A stretch of 64,000 nt of DNA from Alphaproteobacteria bacterium (GTDB taxonomy: Bacteria > Pseudomonadota > Alphaproteobacteria > UBA8366), in contig OZ245851.1 of the NCBI GenBank assembly GCA_965228975.1, positions 5,273,007 through 5,337,006 on the forward strand. Direction: 5' to 3'. The notes beneath the pieces were generated by a model. The model was not told the DNA's origin, made no database searches, and worked only from the letters and a program-made list of their open reading frames with translations. Shown in pieces: positions 9,220-17,588 of this stretch. How positions within the stretch are numbered: the stretch's first letter is position 1; every line of letters begins with the position of its first letter. The position numbers were made by a program, and so were the translations under genes.

Positions 9220-10508
9220 ATCATTTTCAGTATCGCAACGGCGCCCTGCACGCGGAAGACGTGCCGATCACCCGGATCGCCGAGGCGGAGGGGACACCCT
9301 TCTATTGTTATTCGACGGCGACGCTGACCCGGCATTACCAGGTGTTCGCCGAGGCGTTGTCCGGCCTCGACGCCAAGATCTTCTATGCGGTCAAGGCGAA
9401 CTCGAACCTCGCGGTGATCAAGACCTTCGCGGATTTGGGCGCGGGCGCGGACGTGGTGTCCGAGGGCGAGTTGCGCCGGGCGCTTGCGGCGGGCGTGCCC
9501 GCGGACGGCATCATCTTCTCCGGCGTCGGCAAATCGCAGGAAGAACTCGCCGGCGCCGTGGAACGCGGCATCCACCAGATCAACGTGGAATCGCAGCCCG
9601 AGCTCGACGCGTTGTCGGATGTCGCGAAAGCGCGCAATGCGACGATGGACATCGCGATCCGGGTCAACCCGGACGTGGACGCGAAGACCCATGACAAGAT
9701 TTCGACCGGCCGGCAGGAAGACAAGTTCGGCATCGACATCGCGGACGCGGTCGAGACCTACCGGCGGGCCGCCGAGCTGCCCGGCGTCAACCCGGTGTCG
9801 GTGGCGGTCCATATCGGCTCGCAGTTGACCGACCTGGAGCCCTTCCGCACGGCGTTTACCCGCGTCGCGGAACTGGTGCGGACGCTGCGGGATCAGGGAC
9901 ACGCGATCACCCGGTTGGATCTCGGCGGCGGACTTGGCATCCCGTATCGCGACGAGGAGCCGCCCTTGCCGGAAGAGTATGCGGCGATGGTGCGCGAGAC
10001 GGTCGGCGACCTCGGCTGCCAGTTGGCTTTCGAGCCCGGCCGCATGCTCGTCGGCAATGCGGGCTTGCTGGTCTCGCGGGTGCTGTTCGTGAAGCTCGGC
10101 AACAGCCGCTGCTTCGTGGTCCTCGACGCCGCGATGAACGATTTGATTCGCCCGACGTTGTACGAGGCGCATCATGATTTGATGCCGGTGGCGCAGGCCC
10201 CGTCGAATGCGGCCTTCGAGCCCGCCGATGTGGTCGGCCCGGTCTGCGAGACCGGTGACACCTTCGTACGGGGATACCCCCTACCGCCCGTGGTCACCGG
10301 AGATTTACTGGCATTCGCCTCCGCGGGGGCGTACGGTGCCGTTATGGCGTCGACATATAACTCGCGGCCGTTGGTGCCGGAGGTTATGGTGAGCGGAAGC
10401 GACTATTCGGTGATCCGCGCGCGCCAGAGCTACGAAGAATTACTCGGGCTGGACAGTTTCGCGGACTGGCAGCAGGACGACCCCTTGAGACGGCGGAGTA
10501 TGGGATAA
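9216..10508 (+). CDS. lysA: Diaminopimelate decarboxylase
   Basis: MNHFQYRNGALHAEDV start and a PLP-lysine motif (YAVKANSN); 430 aa from the ATG at 9216. The track ORF is extended upstream in the same frame. Confidence 0.95.
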   Translation: MNHFQYRNGALHAEDVPITRIAEAEGTPFYCYSTATLTRHYQVFAEALSGLDAKIFYAVKANSNLAVIKTFADLGAGADVVSEGELRRALAAGVPADGIIFSGVGKSQEELAGAVERGIHQINVESQPELDALSDVAKARNATMDIAIRVNPDVDAKTHDKISTGRQEDKFGIDIADAVETYRRAAELPGVNPVSVAVHIGSQLTDLEPFRTAFTRVAELVRTLRDQGHAITRLDLGGGLGIPYRDEEPPLPEEYAAMVRETVGDLGCQLAFEPGRMLVGNAGLLVSRVLFVKLGNSRCFVVLDAAMNDLIRPTLYEAHHDLMPVAQAPSNAAFEPADVVGPVCETGDTFVRGYPLPPVVTGDLLAFASAGAYGAVMASTYNSRPLVPEVMVSGSDYSVIRARQSYEELLGLDSFADWQQDDPLRRRSMG

Positions 10509-13123
10509 TGCGCCCAAAGAGCCGGACGCCTAGGAAACGACGTGGATCGGCCCTTGCCGCGGTGTTGCCGCGATGGCGGATTTCGCTTTCCCGCCACATT
10601 CTTCTTTGGGAACGGCTCTGGCCGGCGCTCTGGCCCGGGCTCGCCTTCGCCGGGCTGTTTGTCGTGCTCGCGCTCTTCGGGTTTCCGCAGGCGCTGCCGG
10701 GATGGCTGCATAGTCTGCTGCTTCTGGCATTCGGCATCGCCATCGTCTGGTGTTTGTGGCGCGGTGCGCGCGCGCTGCGGATCCCGGATCGCGACGAATC
10801 GCTCCGCCATATCGAACAGGTCAACGACCTGGACCATCGCCCGCTGGAGACGCTAGAGGACAACCTGGCGACCGGGTTCGGCGATTCGGCTTCGCGCGAT
10901 CTGTGGCGGCTGCATCAGGAACGCATGAAGGCGGCGGTTGCGCGCCTGCGCATCGGGTGGCCGCGGCCGCGGCTCATCCGGCGGGACCCGTTTGCATTCC
11001 GCATCGGGCTGGGCGTTGCGTTGATCGCCGGGTTCCTGGCGGTCGGCAACCAAGCCGGCGACCGTATCCTGCAGGCCTTGACGCCGGACGTCTTGGCCGG
11101 TGACGGGAAGGTGGCGGTCAAACTCGATGCCTGGATCACGCCGCCGGATTACACCCGGAAACCGCCGGTCTTCTTGGCGTCGGGCGATCTGGCCGGCGCG
11201 GCGACCGAAACGGCCGAGAAGACCGAGACGGCAGACGGTTCCGCCACGCCGAAGTCGGTTGCGCCGGGGACGGTCATCACCGTGCCGAAAGGCAGCAAGC
11301 TGGTGATTCGCCTGACCGGCGGACGGACAACGCCGGAACTCGGCATGGGCGATGCGGCCAAACCGTTCGAGGGTGACGACAAGGCCGGGTTTCACATCGA
11401 GAACGAACTGACGGAACCGGGCCGTGTTCTGGTCCGGCAAGACGGCGTCGAATTGGTGGGATGGGATGTCGCGATCACCGACGACACGATCCCGACGATC
11501 GCCTTTTCCAACAAGCCCAGCGAGAGTCAGCGCAAGGCCTTGCGGTTGGATTTCGAGGCGGCCGACGACTACGGCGTCGAAAAGGTGACCGCAACGATCA
11601 CCCGATCCGATGCGAAAGGGGAAAAATCGGCTTTGGCCGATCTGCCGCCGATCGAACTCGATCTGCCCTTGCCCGGCGTCATGGCGCGGGAGATAAAGTC
11701 GACCAGCTATCACGACTTGACGCCCCATCCATGGGCCGGTCTGCCGGTCAACATCCAGCTTATGGCGCAGGATGCGGCGGGACAGGTCGGCAAGAGCGCG
11801 GTGGTGCAGGCCGTGCTGCCGGAGCGCGTCTTCACCCATCCGGTGGCGCGGGCGATTATCAAGCAGCGCCGCCAGCTCGCCGTGTATCCGAACAAGAACC
11901 GGAACCGGGTTGCCGCCCATCTGGAAATCCTCGCTTGGGAGCATGAGCAGTATAACGGCGACGTGGTGGTGTTCATGGCGCTGACCTCCGCGTCGCGGCG
12001 GCTGGAGCGCGGGTATCGGGATACGGCGGACCATGTGGCGGGCGTGATGAAGCTGTTGTGGGACACCGCGCTGCGCCTCGAGGACGGCACCCTGTCGCTG
12101 AGCGAGCAGGCGTTGCGGGAGGCGCAACAGGCCTTGCAGGACGCCTTGCGCGACGGAGCGGACGACAAGGAACTCGAGAAGTTGCTGCGCGAGCTGGAAC
12201 GCGCGATGGACGAGTATCTCAATTCGCTCGCCGAATCGCTGAAGGACATGCCGCGCCAGCCGAACGAGCTGAACCAGCAGAACGATCAGAACATCACGCT
12301 GAACCGCGACGACCTGAAGAAGATGCTGGACCGGATCCGCGAGTTGATGAAGAGCGGCCAGCGGGACGCGGCGAAGCAAATGCTATCGCAGTTGCGGAAT
12401 ATGCTGGAAAATCTGAAGGCGCGGCGCTTCGCGCGGCCGGGTCAAAAGCAACAGCGTGCGATGCAGATGCTGAACGATCTGCAGGATATCATTAAGGATC
12501 AGCAGAAGCTGTTGGATAAGACCTTCCGCGAGGCGCAACGCCGCGGCCAGATGCGGCCGCAGGGCAACCGGCGCTTCCGGATGCCGCCCGGCATGCGGCG
12601 TCCCGAGGGAGAGCCCAACCAATCGCCATCGCCGCTGTCGCGGGAATCGGAGACGCAGGAGGCCTTACGCAAGCGGCTCGGCGAGTTGATGCGCGAATTG
12701 GGCGAGATGTCCGATTCGGTGCCGCGCCCGCTCGGCCGGGCCGAGCGCTCGATGCGCGGGTCCACCGAACAATTGGGCAAGGGCCAGGCCGGTCAAGCGG
12801 TGCCGCCGCAGACCGATGCGATCGACCAGCTTCAGCAGGGCGCGCGCGCCGCCACGGAAGCGCTCATGCGGCAATTCGGTCAGCGCGGCCAGCGGGGCGA
12901 GGGCAACCCGACCTCCGAGGCGCGGGACCGTCAGCGCGACCCATTCGGCCGGACCCAGGATAACGACGGCCGCGGCATGAATACCGAGCAGGTCGAAATC
13001 CCCGATCAGGACCGGTTGCGCGATGCCCGCCGTATCCGCGACGAATTGCGCCGCCGCGCCGGACAACGGACCCGTCCGCAGCCGGAACTCGACTACATCG
13101 ATCGGTTACTGAAACAGTTCTAG
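10508..13123 (+). CDS. TIGR02302/DUF4175-type large membrane protein of unknown function
   Basis: 871 aa with N-terminal TM helices, a central globular region and a long charged, Q/R/E-rich coiled-coil-like C-terminus. The position after lysA is typical for this alphaproteobacterial family, which I recall from memory. Its ATG overlaps the lysA TAA (TAATG). Confidence 0.7.
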   Translation: MRPKSRTPRKRRGSALAAVLPRWRISLSRHILLWERLWPALWPGLAFAGLFVVLALFGFPQALPGWLHSLLLLAFGIAIVWCLWRGARALRIPDRDESLRHIEQVNDLDHRPLETLEDNLATGFGDSASRDLWRLHQERMKAAVARLRIGWPRPRLIRRDPFAFRIGLGVALIAGFLAVGNQAGDRILQALTPDVLAGDGKVAVKLDAWITPPDYTRKPPVFLASGDLAGAATETAEKTETADGSATPKSVAPGTVITVPKGSKLVIRLTGGRTTPELGMGDAAKPFEGDDKAGFHIENELTEPGRVLVRQDGVELVGWDVAITDDTIPTIAFSNKPSESQRKALRLDFEAADDYGVEKVTATITRSDAKGEKSALADLPPIELDLPLPGVMAREIKSTSYHDLTPHPWAGLPVNIQLMAQDAAGQVGKSAVVQAVLPERVFTHPVARAIIKQRRQLAVYPNKNRNRVAAHLEILAWEHEQYNGDVVVFMALTSASRRLERGYRDTADHVAGVMKLLWDTALRLEDGTLSLSEQALREAQQALQDALRDGADDKELEKLLRELERAMDEYLNSLAESLKDMPRQPNELNQQNDQNITLNRDDLKKMLDRIRELMKSGQRDAAKQMLSQLRNMLENLKARRFARPGQKQQRAMQMLNDLQDIIKDQQKLLDKTFREAQRRGQMRPQGNRRFRMPPGMRRPEGEPNQSPSPLSRESETQEALRKRLGELMRELGEMSDSVPRPLGRAERSMRGSTEQLGKGQAGQAVPPQTDAIDQLQQGARAATEALMRQFGQRGQRGEGNPTSEARDRQRDPFGRTQDNDGRGMNTEQVEIPDQDRLRDARRIRDELRRRAGQRTRPQPELDYIDRLLKQF

Positions 13124-13148
13124 ACGCGGTGTCGCCGCCCGATACCGG

Positions 13149-14273
13149 TCATTTCTTGTCCGGCATCGCGGAGCCGCGTCCCGCGGTCTGCGCGTCGCCC
13201 GGGCGCGTGAAGGTGATATCGAGTTTCTCGGCGGCCGCCGGCGGGTTCTTGAACTGTGTTTGGTAGGTCACCTGTTCTCCCGGCTCGACCGATTCCTGCT
13301 GTGCCGTGAAGGTCCAGATGTGCAATTCCTTGCCGTCCTTATCCAGCAGCGCGCCACGCAGGAGCGGCACCGTCTGCCGGTTGCCGGAGGTGTTCTTGAT
13401 GGCGCCGTTCACGACCAGGACCTCGTCGTTTCCGTCGATTTCCTTGGTCGGTTTCGGATCGGCGATGTGAAGGCCTTGCCCCAGCACATCCGGCTTCAAC
13501 CCAATCATCGCATATATCTTACTGGTTGCCGGGAACCACATCACGACCTTCGACTGCATGAAATAGCCGACGCCGACGACGGCCGTAATCAGCAGAACGA
13601 GCGCCAATAATGAAATCAGCCGCATCAAGCCGCGGCGCCCCTTGCCGCTCTCCGCCGCAACCGCCGCCTCGTCGGATTCGCCGGCCGCGCCCGGCGGGGG
13701 CGGGAAGCCGTCCGCGCGGGCATCATCCGCCGTGCCGTGATCGGCATCCTCATCCGCGGTCCAAGCCGTCGGAACTTCTTCCTCCTCCGCGGAAGCGGTG
13801 TCTTCGGCGGTGCCGTCATCGCTCGTACCCACGGTATCCGGCTCGTCGTCGGACCCGAAGATGCTGTCCATCGCCGCGTTGGAGAGGACCTTTTCGACCG
13901 AATCTTCGGCGTTGGAGGCCTCTTCGGGCGACTCTTGCGAGCCGAGGTCCGCGGGCGCCGCCTCTTCGGGGGCGGGTGCCTCGTCGGGCGCCACGTCGTC
14001 GACCGGCGTCTTTTCCGCTACGGGCTCGGCGGGGGATTCCGCGACCGGTTCCTCGGCGGCAGGCTCGGCGGCGGGAGGTTCAGCGGGTGTCGGCTCCGGT
14101 GCGGCAACGTCGGGCGCAAGCTCACCTTCCAGCGTTTCGCCGGCCGGCTCCGCGTCGGGCATTGCGTGCCACTGGTGCGCGCATTTGCTGCATTTTACCG
14201 TTCGCCCGGCGGACCCAAGCGCCTCTGGCTTCACGTTGAAGCTCGCGCCGCAAGTCGGGCAAGAGATAATCAT
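13149..14273 (-). CDS. MJ0042-type zinc-ribbon protein with acidic/proline-rich linker, TM helix and DUF3426-like C-terminal domain
   Basis: The N-terminus (MIISCPTCGASFNVKPEALGSAGRTVKCSKCAHQWHA) is a CPxC..CxxC ribbon. A ~180-aa E/D/P/A-rich linker, one TM helix and a beta-rich C-terminal domain follow. Divergent from ftsEX. Confidence 0.75.
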   Translation of the reverse strand: MIISCPTCGASFNVKPEALGSAGRTVKCSKCAHQWHAMPDAEPAGETLEGELAPDVAAPEPTPAEPPAAEPAAEEPVAESPAEPVAEKTPVDDVAPDEAPAPEEAAPADLGSQESPEEASNAEDSVEKVLSNAAMDSIFGSDDEPDTVGTSDDGTAEDTASAEEEEVPTAWTADEDADHGTADDARADGFPPPPGAAGESDEAAVAAESGKGRRGLMRLISLLALVLLITAVVGVGYFMQSKVVMWFPATSKIYAMIGLKPDVLGQGLHIADPKPTKEIDGNDEVLVVNGAIKNTSGNRQTVPLLRGALLDKDGKELHIWTFTAQQESVEPGEQVTYQTQFKNPPAAAEKLDITFTRPGDAQTAGRGSAMPDKK

Positions 14274-14489
14274 GTCGCTGGAAAATCTGACCTAATAGTG
14301 TTCACCCCTCAGTTGGTCGGGGAGTCTAAGGGGTCGCGAGTCCCGTTGCAAGGATGGCAGTGCTTTACGCGGATGGTTCCGCATGCCATCTTGCCCGTCC
14401 GGGGCGGGATTGGGGCAGCCGGCGAGATGCCGCTTGGTTCGTCCGCCGCCGATTGGCTACCTTTCAACGAATAAGTTTCGGCGGAAGAC

Positions 14490-15167
14490 GTGGTTCGGTT
14501 CGAAAACGTAGGCATGCGCTATGGCGCCGGCCCGGAAGTGCTCAGCGATGTGACCTTTACGCTCCCGCCCGGGTCGTTCCATTTTGTGACCGGGCCGAGC
14601 GGCGCGGGCAAATCGTCCCTCCTCAAGCTCATGTATCTGGCGCACCGGCCGAGCCGCGGCTTTATCACCTTGTTCAGCCGGGACGTCACCCGCGTGCCGC
14701 GCCGCGACTTACCTGAATTGCGGCGGAGAATCGGTGTTGTATTTCAAGATTTTAGACTAATTCAACATCTTTCGGCCTTCGACAATGTCGCGTTGCCGCT
14801 GCGCGTCTCCGGCAGCCGCGAAGATGTCGTGAACAAACACGTTACCGAGTTGCTGACCTGGGTCGGGTTGAAGGATCATCTCCATGCGCGGCCGCCGACC
14901 TTGTCGGGCGGACAGCAACAGCGCATCGCGATCGCGCGGGCCGTGATCGCGCATCCGAGCCTTTTGCTCGCCGACGAACCGACCGGCAATGTAGATGACA
15001 CGATCGCGGTGCGCCTGTTGTATTTGTTCGAAGAACTCAATCGCATGGGCACGACGGTCGTCATCGCGACGCATAACAAGAGCTTGATCGAGCGGTTTTC
15101 GCACCCTGTGATGCATCTCGAAGACGGTGAGTTGACGGTCCTGAATCGCGGCGTGGAGAAGAAATGA
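14490..15167 (+). CDS. ftsE: Cell division ATP-binding protein FtsE
   Basis: Walker A GPSGAGKSS, signature LSGGQQQR, Walker B LLLADEPTG; 225 aa; followed by ftsX. Confidence 0.9.
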   Translation: MVRFENVGMRYGAGPEVLSDVTFTLPPGSFHFVTGPSGAGKSSLLKLMYLAHRPSRGFITLFSRDVTRVPRRDLPELRRRIGVVFQDFRLIQHLSAFDNVALPLRVSGSREDVVNKHVTELLTWVGLKDHLHARPPTLSGGQQQRIAIARAVIAHPSLLLADEPTGNVDDTIAVRLLYLFEELNRMGTTVVIATHNKSLIERFSHPVMHLEDGELTVLNRGVEKK

Positions 15168-16051
15168 GCGACTCGCAAGCCGTCCTTCCGCTTTCCCGCG
15201 AATCGTCGTCGCGCCTCTTGCCGTGGATCATCGGCATCATGGTCTATCTGGGGGCGGTTATCCTGGCCGGGGCGATGGTGCTGGCTGCCGCGGCCGCGGC
15301 ATGGAACGATGAATTGACGGCGGCCTTTACCGTTCAGGTCTCGCCGATCGACGGGGAAAAAGACGGTGAGATCGAGAACCGAATCCGGAGCGCCGCAAAA
15401 ATGCTGCGGAATGTTCCGGGCGTCGCGATCGTCAATGTAGTGCCGGCGGAAACGACCATGGCGGCACTCGAACCCTGGTTGGGCCCGAACATCGACGCCA
15501 AGGATCTTCCGCTGCCGCGTGTGATCGACGTCCGGCTCGAGACGGCAGGCGCCGTCGACTTGGCTGCGCTTGCGAAACAATTGAGCGAGGATATCAAGGG
15601 TGTCGCGGTCGACAGTCACGAATACTGGCGCGGTCAGATCGAATCGCTTGTCCGGACGCTTGAATTGCTGGCAACCGTGGTCATCGGGTTGATCGGTTTT
15701 TCGGCGATGGCTGCCGTGGTTTTCGCGACACGTAGCGGCGTCGCCGTCCATCGTGATGTGATCGAGGTGCTGCATCTGATCGGCGCGACGGATCAGTACG
15801 TCGCGCAACAATTTCAGCGGCAGGCATTCCGTGTATCACTCGTGGGCAGCTTGTTCGGTGGACTCCTTGCGGTGCTTACGCTGCTTGGGTTCGGCAAGTT
15901 GCTGTCCGACCTGGATGCCGTGCTGCTTCCGGCGCCGACCCTGGCTCCCTGGGAGTGGATCGCGCTCGGCATCGTACCGATATTGGCCTGCCTGATCGCG
16001 ACGGTGACGGCGCGGCACACGGTAATCCGCGCCTTGCGGCGGATGCCGTGA
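15164..16051 (+). CDS. ftsX: FtsX-like cell division permease
   Basis: ATGA overlap with ftsE. 295 aa with an N-terminal TM helix, a periplasmic domain and three C-terminal TM helices. Confidence 0.8.
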   Translation: MSDSQAVLPLSRESSSRLLPWIIGIMVYLGAVILAGAMVLAAAAAAWNDELTAAFTVQVSPIDGEKDGEIENRIRSAAKMLRNVPGVAIVNVVPAETTMAALEPWLGPNIDAKDLPLPRVIDVRLETAGAVDLAALAKQLSEDIKGVAVDSHEYWRGQIESLVRTLELLATVVIGLIGFSAMAAVVFATRSGVAVHRDVIEVLHLIGATDQYVAQQFQRQAFRVSLVGSLFGGLLAVLTLLGFGKLLSDLDAVLLPAPTLAPWEWIALGIVPILACLIATVTARHTVIRALRRMP

Positions 16052-16091
16052 GCGGGCGTGGGATCATATTCGTGAAGAAGGTGACCGGGTA

Positions 16092-16727
16092 ATGGTGGGG
16101 TTGCACCGGCGGCAACGTACCCGGCGACGGCGGCACCGCGTCATACTCGCTTTTCTCGGTATCGCCTTGGCCGCCTGGGTGGGCGGATTGTTCGTTTTCG
16201 CGGCTCAAATACCGAAATCCGTGAAAGTATCGGCCGAGGAGACCGACGCGATTGTCGTCCTGACCGGCGGCACCCTGCGGCTTGAGCAAGGGCTGGCGCT
16301 TCTGGCACAAGGCTTCGCCAAGAAGCTGTTCGTTTCCGGCGTGCATCGAGGTGTCGACGTGCGGCAACTCCTCAAACTCTCACGGCAGTCGCCCCAGGCG
16401 CTCGATTGTTGCATCACGCTCGGCTACAGCGCGGACCATACCACCGGCAACGCCAGCGAAACCGCCGAATGGATGCGAGCGCAAGGATACCGGTCCATGC
16501 GATTGGTTACGGCGAGCTATCATATGCCGCGGAGCCTCGCCGAGTTCCACCATGCGATGCCGACGGAAACGATCCTGCCGCATCCCGTATTTCCCGCAAA
16601 TGTGAAACTCGACGACTGGTGGCGCTGGCCCGGGACCGCGGGCCTTATTGCCGGCGAGTACAATAAATATCTCGTCGCGGTGGTTCGTCATTGGGCGATC
16701 GACCTGATGAAGAAGGTCGGGGCATGA
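16092..16727 (+). CDS. YdcF/DUF218 family protein
   Basis: N-terminal anchor followed by DAIVVLTGGTLRLEQGLALL...LFVSGV, the DUF218 pattern. Confidence 0.75.
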   Translation: MVGLHRRQRTRRRRHRVILAFLGIALAAWVGGLFVFAAQIPKSVKVSAEETDAIVVLTGGTLRLEQGLALLAQGFAKKLFVSGVHRGVDVRQLLKLSRQSPQALDCCITLGYSADHTTGNASETAEWMRAQGYRSMRLVTASYHMPRSLAEFHHAMPTETILPHPVFPANVKLDDWWRWPGTAGLIAGEYNKYLVAVVRHWAIDLMKKVGA

Positions 16728-17497
16728 TGCATACCGTTCGATCGATTATCTTTGCCATCCTGTTCTATGGCTGGTCCGCGCTGCTCAGCCCGTTTTACGT
16801 GCCGTTGATGCTGTTGCCGCGGCGCGGGTTCTGGTTCATGGCCTGGATTTGGGTCAACACTTGTATGTGGATCATAAGAGGCACGGTTGGTATCCGCTGC
16901 GAGACACGCGGCGAGGAGAATTTGCCGGAGGGTGCATTCATCCTGGCGTCCAAGCATCAATCGGCTTGGGATACGTTGATCTATAACGTGGTGTTTAAGG
17001 ATTGCGCCTATGTCTTGAAACGGGAGCTGTTTTGGTTTCCCTTTTTCGGTTGGTTTCTGTGGCGCGTCGGTATGATCGGGATAGACCGGTCCGGCGGTGC
17101 AACGGCGCTGAAGCGGATGGTCCAGGAAACCAGGAAATGGCTGGCCGAAGGCCGCAACATCATCATCTTTCCGCAGGGAACGCGGACACCGCCCGGGTCG
17201 GCGCGCCCCTATCTGCCCGGCGTGGCGGCGCTGTACGGGCAATGCGACGTGCCGGTCGTGCCCGTGGCGCTGAATTCCGGCATGTTTTGGCCGCGCCGAA
17301 AATTCGTAAAACGGTCGGGCACGGTCGTGTTGGAATTCCTTCCGCCGATCATGCCGGGTCTGAAGCGGCGTGAATTTTCGGCGCAGCTCGAAGAGCGGAT
17401 CGAGACCGCCACCCGACGGATCGAAGCCGAGGCCGCGGAACGCTACGGCATCGACCTGGAACGTGCACCGGACCTGAAGGCCGAAGCCGCGCCTTAG
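16724..17497 (+). CDS. plsC: 1-acyl-sn-glycerol-3-phosphate acyltransferase
   Basis: HX4D motif (SKHQSAWDT) and FPQGTR motif. The ATG at 16724 forms an ATGA overlap with the ydcF stop. Confidence 0.85.
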   Translation: MMHTVRSIIFAILFYGWSALLSPFYVPLMLLPRRGFWFMAWIWVNTCMWIIRGTVGIRCETRGEENLPEGAFILASKHQSAWDTLIYNVVFKDCAYVLKRELFWFPFFGWFLWRVGMIGIDRSGGATALKRMVQETRKWLAEGRNIIIFPQGTRTPPGSARPYLPGVAALYGQCDVPVVPVALNSGMFWPRRKFVKRSGTVVLEFLPPIMPGLKRREFSAQLEERIETATRRIEAEAAERYGIDLERAPDLKAEAAP

Positions 17498-17537
17498 GGG
17501 GTATCTGCCGCGCATCGGTAGATTGTCCGTCGATAAA

Positions 17538-17559
17538 GAACAAATATGGAACATTTGTT
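17538..17559 (+). promoter_or_regulatory. Candidate operator: GAAC-N7-GAAC direct repeat (alphaproteobacterial LexA-box format) nested in the AACAAAT-N7-ATTTGTT inverted repeat
   Basis: GAACAAATATGGAAC occupies 17538-17552 and the palindrome occupies 17539-17559, 30-55 nt upstream of the two candidate nrdJ starts. Confidence 0.4.
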
Positions 17560-17588
17560 GACGCTGCGGGCGTGCGGTACTAGATTTC

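Noticed and set aside
17498-17588. Cobalamin riboswitch or tandem NrdR boxes upstream of nrdJ
   Set aside because: The leader is only ~90 nt, too short for a B12 riboswitch and lacking a recognisable B12 box. Only one palindrome is present, and its 7-N7-7 geometry differs from the paired 16-bp NrdR boxes. A second GAAC-N6-GAAC at 17592-17605 has the wrong spacing and lies within the probable coding start.
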